Origin: Octopus vulgaris
Lineage: Eukaryota
Direction of reading: 5' to 3'
DNA: 64,000 nt
NCBI GenBank assembly: GCA_951406725.2
Contig: OX597818.1
Coordinates: forward strand, 5,518,001 to 5,582,000
The position numbers and the translations under genes were made by a program. Position 1 is the stretch's first letter. Each line of letters begins with the position of its first letter. Positions 1 to 11,909 of the stretch are shown here, in pieces. Under the pieces are notes generated by a model, which did not search any database, had not been told where the DNA came from, and saw nothing but the letters and a program-made list of their open reading frames with translations.

Positions 1-680
1 GGGAGATGCTATCAAACGCCTTTTTGTAGTCGATCCAGGCCATACTGAGGCCTTTCTTCTTTCTGTGGCTGTCTTCAGTTACGGCTTTATTAATCATTAG
101 TTGATCCTTACAGCCATATGAGCCTTTGCGGCATCCTTTCTGCTCTTCTGGAAACAGGTTGTTTTCGTCCAGGTGTTTGTTCAACCTTCGCGATATCACT
201 GCAGTAAATGCCTTGTACATTGTAGGAAGACAGGTTATTGGTCTGTAGTCTTCTGGTTTTGCTGTCTCATTTGATTTGGGAATTAAGATGGTTTTCCCCT
301 TCGTGAGCCATTCAGGCATTGTCTCTGGCTCTGCTAGTATGTTGTTAAAGTTTTCAGCCAGCTTTTTGTGCATTCCTGTTAGATATTTCAACCAGAAGTT
401 GGGGATCTTGTTATGCCCAGGTGCCTTCCAGTTGCTTAGTTTTTGCAGTGCCTGGGTGACCTCTTCAGTTGTTATGGGGGTCCAAAGTTGCTCAGATGCT
501 GAGTTTGTTATTTTGATACTCCTTTTGTTTTTGCTTGTTCGTTCGCCGACCATATTTCTCTCCAGAATTCTTCCACTTCTTCTGCCGTTGGTGCTGCAGT
601 GATTTCTATTTTATTTTTGCCAAGTTCTTGGTAGAACTTTTTGTGGTTGGAGTTGAACTTTTTGTTGTGTTCAAAGAAGA
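1..680 (-). mobile_element. R4/Dong-like non-LTR retrotransposon, 5'-truncated RT fragment running off the window start
   Basis: Minus strand encodes NWKAPG, YRPITCLPT, EEQKGCRKG and AWIDYKKAFDS. The overlap is nearly identical to the copy at 57045. Its 5' junction is the (TAA)n tract at 681-760. Confidence 0.9.
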
Positions 681-692
681 TTATTATTATTA

Positions 693-760
<68 letters not shown>
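681..760. repeat. (TTA)n microsatellite separating two Dong-like elements
   Basis: Direct reading. Confidence 0.97.
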
Positions 761-3700
761 GTTCATATACACTCAACAGATTAGGATGTTGGAAATGAAA
801 AGAATCCTAACATCGGCCTACAGCAAAGAACCCTCCGAAGTATTCTAGCTGTCCCTAATTACACTTTTCTGCAGCTGTAATAAACCGGGTATTATGCCTA
901 TGTCTTCTATCCATCTGTTGCTCACATATTTAGTGAAAGTTCCCAATGCACCTATAACTATTGGGATACATATAACCCGCCCTTTCCATAGTCCCTGTAA
1001 TTCAATATTTAAGTCCTGGTACTTCACTATTTTTCTGTACTTCTCATATTAATGTTTTCATCATTTGGGACTGTATAAAGTCAATTGTCTGGCACTTTCT
1101 ATTCTCTTTATCTACTACTACCAAATCAGGCCTTCTAGCTTCTATCTCACTGTCAGTCTGAATGTTAAGTCACACAACATCATGTACTTCATACTTTCTA
1201 GTACTTTACTAGGTTCATGTTCATGCCTTTTATCTGTATGTTCAAATCCTATCTTCTTGCAAAGCTCCCAGTAAATTGCTCTCCCTAGATTGTCATGTCT
1301 TTACTTATATTCTTTCTGTGCCAGCATGCTACATTCCCTTACTATATGAGTAACGCTTTCCTCCTTTGATCTGCATATTCTACATTGGGAATATGTCTAT
1401 TTTGGCTTTTATCCAATTAGTCCCAAACGCTTGATTGTGTGCAGCTCCTAACAAACTTTCGGTCTCCCTCTGCAGCTTTCCCGTCGGCAACCATAACCAT
1501 GCCTCACTACTATTTACTGAAACTATCTTGGGGAATCTACCACGCAACGCCTTCTCCTGCCAGTGAGATAAGTTTTGGTTTTTTCTCTGGTTTTTAAGTT
1601 CGTTTGCTTTTTGGTTTCTCCATGTCTTGCTGTGAATCTAACAGCTTTTAAAAAACTTTCTTCACTATTAGCTACATAGGATTCTATACCTACTCTAGCG
1701 AACTCCATCCAGTCTTCAATTGATATTAACTCTCTTCCACCTGCCGCCTTTCTAGGTAGGTATAATCTTGCTACTCTTGTACATGGGTGGAATCCTCAAT
1801 TCATATTGAATTCCTTCCTAGTTTTTCTGTCTAGCTTTGCAAATTCAGTTTTTGTTCAAGCAACAAAAGCTGCTGAGTGTAAAAGTAATGAGCCTGCACA
1901 AGTATTTACAGCCTTCACTAGATTCGAACCATTCATCTCTGACTTCATTAGCTTCTTTCACACTTCTGATCTACTCAGTTGTCGTTTTCATTTCTATATT
2001 TAGTATATGCCAGATTCTAATACTCCTAGAGTCTTATAACTTCTCTTTTCAATGATTTTAATGCCAGGCCATCTGGTAATTGGATGCCTTCGCTTTTGAC
2101 TACCTGTCTCCTTCTCATGGCTAATATTGCACACTTATCTATGTCAGATTCCATGCCTATATCTTTGATGAAGAGTCTTAAGGTCGGTGTTAAGGAATCT
2201 ATCTCTTTCATTCACTTATCCATGAGTGTGGGATCATATCCTAGGCTTTCCAATAATCTATCCATGCTATTGTTAGATTTATCTTTGAAGATGTTACCTA
2301 ATTTAAAACTGTTTTGTCTATATATAATAGATTATGCGTTCCTCTCGCCTTCTTCCTGCAACCTTTCTCTTTTGGTAGTAAATTCTGGTTGTCAAGCTGC
2401 TCGTAAATTCTTTCTGAAAGCATTCCTGTTAACAGCTTCTTCATTAGTGGTAAGCAAGTGATTGGTCTATAGTTGCTAGCTGTATTCGCCTTCATAATGA
2501 GTATTCCCCTCCCTCTAGTCGTCCAATCCGGTATTATTCCACCATTAAGGGAATCCTGAAGTTTCTCCCTCAATCTCCCATGTAAACTAGTGAATTTCTT
2601 TATCTAGTACCCTTGATATAAATCTGGCCCTGGGCCCATTCAGTTCGGCATTTTCCCTAACACTTTAGTCATTAATTAGTTAATCTTAGATCTGGCTTCT
2701 ACTCACTACTTCTACACTTTCGTTAACCATACTGCATCTTCATTATGATTGACTGGTTTATCCCAAATATTACTCCAGAACCTTCTAGCTTCCTCTGCAC
2801 TAGGTTTCTCACCTTCAGTACTTCGTTCTCCACTATTTATTTAGTTATAAAATCTTCTCTGGTCTGTCTCAAATAGTCTATTCTGTTGATAATGATCTAT
2901 TCTTTACTGATATCTGAGAAGCTTGCCTGCTACTGCAATGGTACGCTGTTTCAACTCTTCTATTACTGTCCCAAGCCGTTTCTCTTTGACTAAATATATT
3001 TTCTCGATGGAAGATTTGCTTCTTGTGTTTCCTAACGTGTTCAGTTTCCAGGTTTCTGTTCTACTCAGATCTTGTCTTAAAGTCTTCACTTTATTTTGTA
3101 GTCACCTTTTCCACGTTTGCACTTTTCAAATCTTTCCTTGTGTGATATCTAATCTTTTGGTAACTACTACCCTTCCTGCATAGATCAATAAGTTACTGTC
3201 TTCTATATCTTTAGTGTTTTTCCTCCTGATAACAAAACTATTTTCTTACACATTTCTTATAGCTTATTTTTTCTGATGTCATTTAATGCTGGCAATCTTT
3301 TTCTTCTTTACTTATTACTTCCTGCAAATCATCTAAAATCTTCTGATCTTCTTTAATTCGTTGGTGCCAGTTGTCCCTTCTTTATTGGAGCGCTATTATT
3401 ATTTTTTCATTAGGTTCTTCTCTGGTTTCAGATGTATCTCTTATGATGTCGTTTGTCTTTCCCACTGCCTGGTCTTTCATTTCCAGTTCTTGTGATCTCT
3501 TCTACCTCCAATTCTACCATCCAATTTCTTCTCCTAATAGCATTACAGCTTGATCACCTATTCTCTGCTCAGTCACTTTAAACATACTCTTCCGTACCCA
3601 AAGTTTTCACATCTGTTTTCTATAGCCCCTTCTTTTAGGTTCACCTTTTAAGTAGCACTGTATCACTATCCTGTTTTCTCTTCTGGTCCACTTCCTCCAC

Positions 3701-3950
3701 CTGGCTCTATTATCTGCTCATGATTTATTAGGTTGACAGCAGTGGTCAGTCTGCATCTTTACTGATCCACTGCCGAGGAAGAGGCCTTCCCCTCAAGCGC
3801 CAGTTTAATTTTCGATGTTATAACCAGAGTTATTCGGAAATTTGAGATTACATACACAGTATTTTACGTAGGGTATAGGCAGTTTCCTTGAGCACTATCA
3901 TTTGAATTTCTGCCATTTTGGGGTTTCCTGGTATCTGAGCTAGGTAAGAA
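761..3950 (-). mobile_element. Older, near full-length degenerate R4/Dong-like RLE retrotransposon
   Basis: Fragments in order: N-terminal KWTRRENR.V..CY, RT (NYRPITCLPL, IDKCAIL), RLE (RRPDLVVVDK, KYQDL..EL..LW, PIVIGALG). Many stops and frameshifts. 3' end abuts (TAA)n. Confidence 0.85.
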
Positions 3951-3959
3951 TCAGCCACT

Positions 3960-4232
3960 TTTGCTATCATTCCGAGGGCACCTATGACACGTATATATTG
4001 TGTTCAAGTCATTCTGCAGACTTAGGATATCATAGATATACTTGAGTGCCTGCGACACTTTTGTATGGTCGGCATAGCTGGTGAGTGTGGCGGACTGTGT
4101 GACTGAGGGCAAGTCTGAGACAGCAACCACAAATAGTAGTGGCCCCAGCACTCTTCCCTGGAGGACTCCACCGAGAACTGGTGGCACTTCGGAAAGAGTA
4201 CCATTTGCAGTGACAGTCTGACTACCGCCCTT
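3960..4232 (-). mobile_element. CR1/Jockey-type LINE RT fragment
   Basis: GVLQGRVLGPLLF...SYADHTK motifs; resembles the RT end of the element at 50080-51975. Confidence 0.8.
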
Positions 4233-4239
4233 CATATAC

Positions 4240-4395
<156 letters not shown>

Positions 4396-5198
4396 TAAAC
4401 AAAGAAGGCCAGCACACTGTCAAGCAAGGGACACAAAAATTCTCATGGGACGCACGTGAAAGATCTCAGAGCGGCTGAATAGGCAACTGCATGATAGAAA
4501 GAAGTCTATCTTAGCACGGATTAACTAATCAATAGTATACTCTTACTGTCCAGACAATTCCTACTTCTGATCTGGGGTTGGTCCGGGTATGCTACCTACA
4601 TGTAATAATAAGTAAAATGCGCAGAAAATCAATAAATTATAGCCGACTGTTATTATGTATTTTAATAACTATCTGTTTTTTAATTATATTTCTTCCTATT
4701 TATTTTTATATTATGACCTAAAGAAATTGCTCTTATAGTTGTTATATATTTAACCCACGCCGGCAGTAGCCTTCCATCCGGTATATAGGAATGTAGCACT
4801 AAATATTATAACTATCTCAATTCCATTTCTAAATTCTAGTCGGTCGAAAGTCTCCCAGAGGGACAGTATGTAATATGAATTGATATATTGTCGTTTTCTC
4901 GCTTTCTCTTATTTCTTTTCTCTTTTTACTTTTTATATTTTACTTTATTTTCCGGTCTTATGAAGTTCCGCTATTGAAATTCGTATAATTAATTACTTAC
5001 AATGATAACTATTATTATTATTGTGGTGGTTAAGCATGGAAATTCCGCTAACAGAAACAGCTGTAAGATGAGATTCTGTCTTTTAGTAATTAGTTAATAA
5101 ATGATAATTGGTGTAAATTGTTATTCATCAATTTCATCTCCATTTTCTGTTTTCGTTATATATCCACATATGCATATATATATATAAACATATATATA

Positions 5199-5787
5199 AG
5201 AAGTTCTACGAGCAAAAAAAAAACAAAAAGACGAAACTGCAGTACAAGTTGAGCTGAGTTTGTAAACGTTTTTGATTTTCATTTCATGAATTTATCCCCT
5301 TTTTGTGTATCTAGTACTTGCTTCTACTTTTAGAGGTATTTTAATGTACTTATATATGAATAACATATAGTCTAATGACTAATTTGTCTTTTGTGCTAGA
5401 TCACTGGTAATAATAATTTATTTTATTACCCTATTTACTATGTTTACATATTGTTCGATAAATTTGCTCGTAGACCTTCTGCCGGCATCCTCTCTGTTCG
5501 CTGGGTATGTTTTGCGTCTGCGCACTGGTCTGAAAAGTTAGAGAATGCAGGTCGTTAGAATCGCACATGCTTCTAACGATATGTACTTCTAGGATGACAA
5601 AGGCTGCTTGCTGATGAGTCTAGCCTAGGCAGATAAATTATATTCATCTGCTAAAAAAAAGACGAAACTGCAGTACAAGATGAGCTGAGTTTGTAAACGT
5701 TTTTGATTTTCATTTCATGAATTTATCCCCTTTTTGTGTATCTAGTACTTGCTTCTTCTTTTAGAGGCCTTTTAATGTACTTATATG
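5199..5787 (+). mobile_element. Non-coding hammerhead-bearing tandem element (PLE pseudo-LTR or retrozyme-like), period 431 nt
   Basis: About 130-bp direct repeat at 5226-5355 and 5657-5787. 18-bp inverted repeat at 5199-5216 and 5463-5480. Ends in (TA)n. Confidence 0.7.
5607..5679 (+). ncRNA. Type I hammerhead ribozyme with minimal palindromic stem III
   Basis: cttg CTGATGA gtct-[GCAGAT..ATCTGC hairpin]-agac GAAA c-tgca-g TA caag; predicted cleavage after A5675. Confidence 0.85.
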
Positions 5788-5856
<69 letters not shown>

Positions 5857-5874
5857 ATATGTATACACATGCAT

Positions 5875-5948
<74 letters not shown>

Positions 5949-5956
5949 TGATTAAG

Positions 5957-6800
5957 GATGACAGGAGTCCGGCCGTAGCTCACACATCAGAGACGTTATT
6001 GCCAGTGGAAAAGAGCTACAGCCAGATTGAAAAAGATGCGTAAAAAGTTCCACAGTTTCATTCATGCCAGTCGTTTTGGGTTGCAAATGGACCATAGACC
6101 TCTAATAACGATATACGGATCCAAGAAAGGAATACCGACACATACGGTAAACAAACTTCAGCGGTGGGGTACCATTCTATTAAACTACGAAAACAGAATG
6201 GAATATCTCATTTCAAAAACAATTAGGGCGTTCTGATGGTCTGTCTAGGTTAATTCCAATAAATTATGAACCACTGAAGAACACCTTAATAGCAGTGCTA
6301 AGAGCGGAAACAAAAATAGAGATGTGGAACATCGTGCGTGAACTACCAGTAACCTGGAAAAAAAAAATGCGATAAATGACAAATTTATTACTGAGACGAA
6401 AAGGAAACTGTGGTCGACAAAAGGAAATAGAGAAAGTTATGATGTAAAATCCCGCCAAGATGTGCGCGTATACTCTATATGTGATGGTCTACTAGTGTGC
6501 GCTCAGAGGGTGATCTTTCCTCAGACATTACAGAAGAGAGTTCTATGTGGGACACGCAGTCTTCTCTAGAATGAAGGTGCTGGTGCAAAGTTTATTATAC
6601 TGTCTAAGCATGGACAAAATGTTGAAAACCTGGTAAAAGGCTGCAGAGGTTGTGTGCTGGCAGTGAAACCACCTAATACAAATGTGAACCCTGACCGGAA
6701 TTGAAAATACCATTGCCCCGATTGCATATCGGTTTTGCAGGCCCGATAAATAGATATTACTACTTAATAGTAGTGGATAGCTACACAAAATGGCACAGAC
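5957..6800 (+). mobile_element. Gypsy-type LTR retrotransposon pol fragment (RNase H to integrase N-terminus), degenerate
   Basis: KKFHSFIH..RFGLQMDHRPLITIYGSKKGIP..NKLQRW..ILLNY, DGLSRLIP, CRGC, RLHI.FAGP motifs. Confidence 0.85.
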
Positions 6801-6804
6801 ACAA

Positions 6805-7287
6805 CGTGGAGAGAATTTGTGGAATTATGTTTCCAAAAAAGTCCATGCTAAAAAACCATCTAATCTAAAACATTTTTTCGATTATATCAATGAAATATGG
6901 CAAAACATTCTCATAGAATTTTGTAATCACTTAGCGAATTCTATGCCGAGGCGTTGCGCAGCCGTTATTAAGAATAAAGGCTACAGCACAAAGTACTAAT
7001 ATGTATTTCGTTCTTGTTGCTCATTTTTACTACAGTCATAAGCTTTAGATAAAATTATAATTATACTGTCTTAAACTAATTTTGCAGGTAAATTTGAAAC
7101 GTTTATATTAATTTAGCATTAGAATTCTTCAAGTTGTATAAAATTAGTTATTGTCTGCATCATTTAAAAGAAAAATAAATTCTGCATAAGTTGTAAAAGA
7201 TACAAATAATTTGTATGGTGTTAGTAACAACATATTTTGTAAGAAATAGAACTTTTCTCATCGGTCTTAAATTTATTTTCGCCAGTG
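6805..7287 (+). mobile_element. Tc1-like transposon 3' fragment
   Basis: ENLW...SMPRRCAAVIKNKGYSTKY* C-terminus; element ends in CAGTG followed by TA. Confidence 0.85.
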
Positions 7288-9299
7288 TAGTAGTTATGTA
7301 AAAGATGCGTTGAATCGCCTATAAGGCGGTTCATTTGCTATCAAAAATCTTTACATTTTCCAAGAGAGCTAGGCATACCATATCGAATGATGAATAAGCA
7401 GGTGCGGAGATGGTGGCATGTCCAGCTATAGATTACGTTATGATATTCATATAAACGTAGTGTACATATGACTTGCCGACTTGTTTTTGTATTCAACATT
7501 ACGTTCAGGTAAAGTCACAATACTTTTTTGAATATGATTTATTGATTTAATAGTACGAACAATTTGGTTATTTATAATATCATAGTGCAATGTAAAAATA
7601 TACAGAAGCAACACAAACAAATATCTTGGTAATGTCTATTTGATAAATACAGACGTCATTACGATGTAGAGAAAATGAAATTAAACAGAAAATAGCAGAT
7701 ATTCTATTTTTACACATATTTGCCCCTTTGTTCTCTGGCATCCCTACTCTCCTGCTAGCTAAGCTTCTTGTTAAAGAGAAATAAATATATTGTTATTTGT
7801 CAGGAGTAGTCAAGGGAAACAAAACAGTCAGATATCATCCCCAATGTCCAAATTTAGGTTCTGTGTGTAATCTAGCGTTTATTTACGTCTGCTATATTGC
7901 CAAAAGTTCATCAAATATTTCATTGTCTTTTATCAATAAACCTACCTATTCTTAATACTAAGTCCAGTAATTCCACTCCAGTTAACAATGATGATATAGT
8001 TTCGATTTCCTGGAAATGATTCAGAAAATATTGGTAACGCCCAGAATTGACATTTAACCTCGTTTCTATAGACACGCATACGAATACGCTTCTGACCTCT
8101 GCCGTTTACGCCCCAGTTACACTACATTTCAGAATAAATAATATTCATCACAAATATACTTCCACACCACAATCATAGTACCAGCAATAAAACACATCCT
8201 ACACAAAACATCCTACATGCATTAGTCACAAGTATTACTTCGCTTGCATTCTCAGCAGTACACTAGAGTTACACAATAGCAACGTGATAGAAAAGCAAAC
8301 AAACAAACAAAAAAACACCTCTTAGTGAACAAATGCGAATGTGGTGTAATATAATTTAATTCGAAAAGTGGACCACAATTAATTGTCAAGCTACTAACAA
8401 GACTATTTAAAAAACAGACAGATCTGAAGCAAACCTGGAGAAATGGTATATCATACATCAGGGTATGAATGGTGACAGAAAGACTTTGATAAACCGAGAT
8501 GATTAACTGATCAACAGTACGATTAATCAAACAATCTATTAGATAATTGGTTAAATAGTTAACCAATTGACAAATAAAAATAATTAAGTGAAATAGAACC
8601 AATGCGTGTGTTTACGCTCTATATATTGATCCCCGAGGTAGAATGTTTGAACACAGAAGTTCACAACGAAACTCAAACAAAACAAATACATATACATTTT
8701 TACAATGTTATATGATGTAACAAAAACATCAGACAATGTTGTAAACATATACGCGAAAACTAAACGATAAACACTAATTTCCCCAAAATAAAATACAAAA
8801 AAAATCATTCACAATCAAACATACAATTAACTTGTATAACACATAGATGTACAATGCACTTACCGTAGATCTTTAGACAATGACTGTGAATCTGCTACTC
8901 AATCTCAACCTTTCCATTTCCAGGAACCTTATTAACTAGTTTTCTCCAAGTAAGACTTTGCTACCAAAATTTCCCCACACTTATGCTTGTATATATGTAT
9001 ATGTGTGTGTGTCAGCGTGCGTGCGTGCGTGTGTGCGTGTGCGTGTGTGTGTAAGTGTGTGTGTGCTTGTGTGTAGTCGATATTTTTGTATGTCTGTAAG
9101 TATGTATACATATATGTCTTGACTGTGTGCCTATTATAGCGTTCGGGTTGGTCTTAGGAAGTTCAGCCTTCCAGCAGAAGCAGTAACTAGGATGTGAACG
9201 AAAGCGGTCACAAATCCAAGATTGAGAGTCAGGTGAAAAGCAGTATATCCGAATTGATGCTGCTACCGGAGTCAAGGAATTCTCTTTACACGAACACAT

Positions 9300-9815
9300 T
9301 ATGCAGGAGACACATCAAGGCTTCCACACTTCTGGCTCCATCGGAACCTGAGAGGTGTTTATTGGAACAAATTCAGTGTCTTCCCATTGCATTGCGAAGA
9401 TAAACAATATATGGAAAAGTAGTTTTGCAACGCAGTTCAAAGTTTATAGATTACTTATTTCCCAACTTCTCTACGGGTGTAAGTGCTGGATTCATGCATC
9501 TGATATGGAACAATGATTCCAGGTACTTCAGTACAAATGATTCAGATGGCTGCTACGCATAACGTATACAGAGTACAAAACTAACAGCTATATCAGGCAG
9601 CAAGTCAATAAATATGGTGGCAGACAAAAACCACCCTTTGGTCACGTATATCACCGCAATTGTCGGTACAAAACAATCCTTCAGGACACGTTTGAAGGTG
9701 AGTGAAGGAGATGCAGACAAATAAAATCTTGATCTGACCACATCAACGACTGAACAAATCACAGCACTCTGTTAAGCATAATAGAGAACAAATATCAGTG
9801 GCGACGGCTTACTGC
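9300..9815 (+). mobile_element. RTE-clade LINE 3' fragment, degenerate
   Basis: LLYGCKCW, LLRITYTEYKTN, FGHV, KTILQDTFEG motifs with stops. Confidence 0.7.
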
Positions 9816-9826
9816 AAAAGCTTATA

Positions 9827-9847
9827 TCTTTCTATATAAAAGGCAAG

Positions 9848-9898
<51 letters not shown>

Positions 9899-10326
9899 CG
9901 TGAATGTAACTTATGCACATCCACAAATTAGCACTCATGTCACTCAAATTTTAGAAGGACATTCGTCACGACCCTACCTGTATTTTCGTCAAATTATTTC
10001 CCCCCGAGGCACCAGCGAAAAGCGGTGAAAATAATTTTGAACCATAAATTCTAACAATTTTCAAGTCGGAAATATGAGTTAAGTCCCCTTCTAGCGATGG
10101 CGTAAAAAACCAAGTGAGAGAGAGAGAGAGAACATAGTTTTAAAATTTCGCCATTTTAGTGAGTGATTGATAGACAAAAACAGACAGACAGTGGTTATGT
10201 ATGCATGCATGCATGTATGTATGTATGTATTATGTATGTATGTGTGAATAGCTTCAGTCACACACACACACACGCGAACATGTATGCGTACAAAGCACAT
10301 GTATGCGATGTGTGTGTGTGTGTTGT

Positions 10327-10374
<48 letters not shown>

Positions 10375-10786
10375 AACGATATTCTCCGTTTCTCTGCAAC
10401 TAATTTCCAAATTAGCTGAATCCGTTGCTCTACTCATAGCGACATATAGCTGATCGGGCGTGAACATGGGAGAGAGTAGAAGTTACCAGAGCAAAAAAGT
10501 GTTGACTGTAGACAGGCTCCTTCACAAACGACCAGCTAATATTTTGCAACAATGTTTCGAAACTGTTCATGTTTTCGAAAGGAGCGATCTGACTCTCACA
10601 TCTCTGCGGGAGAAGGTAGGCATCTCTATTCCTCTTACAAAACTTACGTTCGGGTGCCAAATTTGCCTCAATTGATGGTATTGCTCGGGCAGGGGTTGGT
10701 GGTTGGAGAGGTGCTGGGGTGAGGGCGTACAAAAACATGTATGCAATAGGTGTATGTACGTATATGTTTGTGGGTGTGTGTGTTGC

Positions 10787-10830
<44 letters not shown>

Positions 10831-11121
10831 TTGGTTGTAGTTTGAACATAACCGCTTCTCACGTAAAGCATCTGGGGCCCTTTTGGGCGTTCTATTCATT
10901 CCTTATGGGGTTTCCCATATAATCAGGATAACGCAATCGATAAATCGATTCCTTATGATATTTCACAATCAAATTGACTGCAACTCATTTTCAGCCAAAA
11001 GTTTACCTATTTCAACGGACTTTGCTCAAATTTGACGTCGATGTTACTTAGTTTAGTTTGAAATAAACAACTTGATTAGCTTAATAACTTAATCCCGTGC
11101 AAAGTCAGACTATACTGCTAG
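9827..11121 (+). mobile_element. Non-autonomous Helitron with internal microsatellites and an antisense helicase remnant
   Basis: 5' a|TCTTTCTATATAAAAG; 3' CCCGTGCAAAGTCAGAC...CTGCTAG|t, a decayed version of the hairpin at 18264; A^T target. Minus-strand QLYVAMSR..TENIVY (Pif1-like helicase C-terminus) at 10370-10467. Confidence 0.7.
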
Positions 11122-11133
11122 TATATATATATA

Positions 11134-11170
<37 letters not shown>

Positions 11171-11175
11171 TAGCA

Positions 11176-11261
<86 letters not shown>

Positions 11262-11909
11262 ATATGTACACACTCACAAACACATACACACACACATATA
11301 TATGCTTATACGTACCTCTTTAACAGACACGCGCACTTCTATATCATTCCCAGGGGAATTCATTAGTTAGACTTCATACTTCATATTTGTCTACTTCTAT
11401 TTATGCCAAATATCTGTAAAATAACCGTCACTTGCACGAACACGTACACACACATGCATTCCTAGAGCCACACATATCCACTCGCAAATCGTCTTACCAC
11501 TGGTTACTCGAAACAGTTGGATTGCACTCGATTTCTGCCGGGGAAATTGAATCCACATGAAGTGAAGTGTATCGCTCAAACACTCGACATTATGACTGCA
11601 CCAGAACTATACTTGTGAAACAAAATCATACGTGCCCGCCCACACACACACATGCACACGCACATACACACACATATATGCATATGTTTGTATTTATTTC
11701 TGTGCACATGTTTGAAAGCGTGTGCTTATGGGCGTGTGCTTATCACGAATCAAGGAGGATGTTACTTTATTATTGTAGAATTTCCTGTCACCTCTTGTAT
11801 TTTCCCTTCACGCCTTTTGAAATTTTTCTACCCACAGCTTTTGAATTTTTCCTCCTCGCGTCTTTATTTGTTTTTCTCTCCCCTCTCCATTTTTTCTTCT
11901 CGTTTTTCA

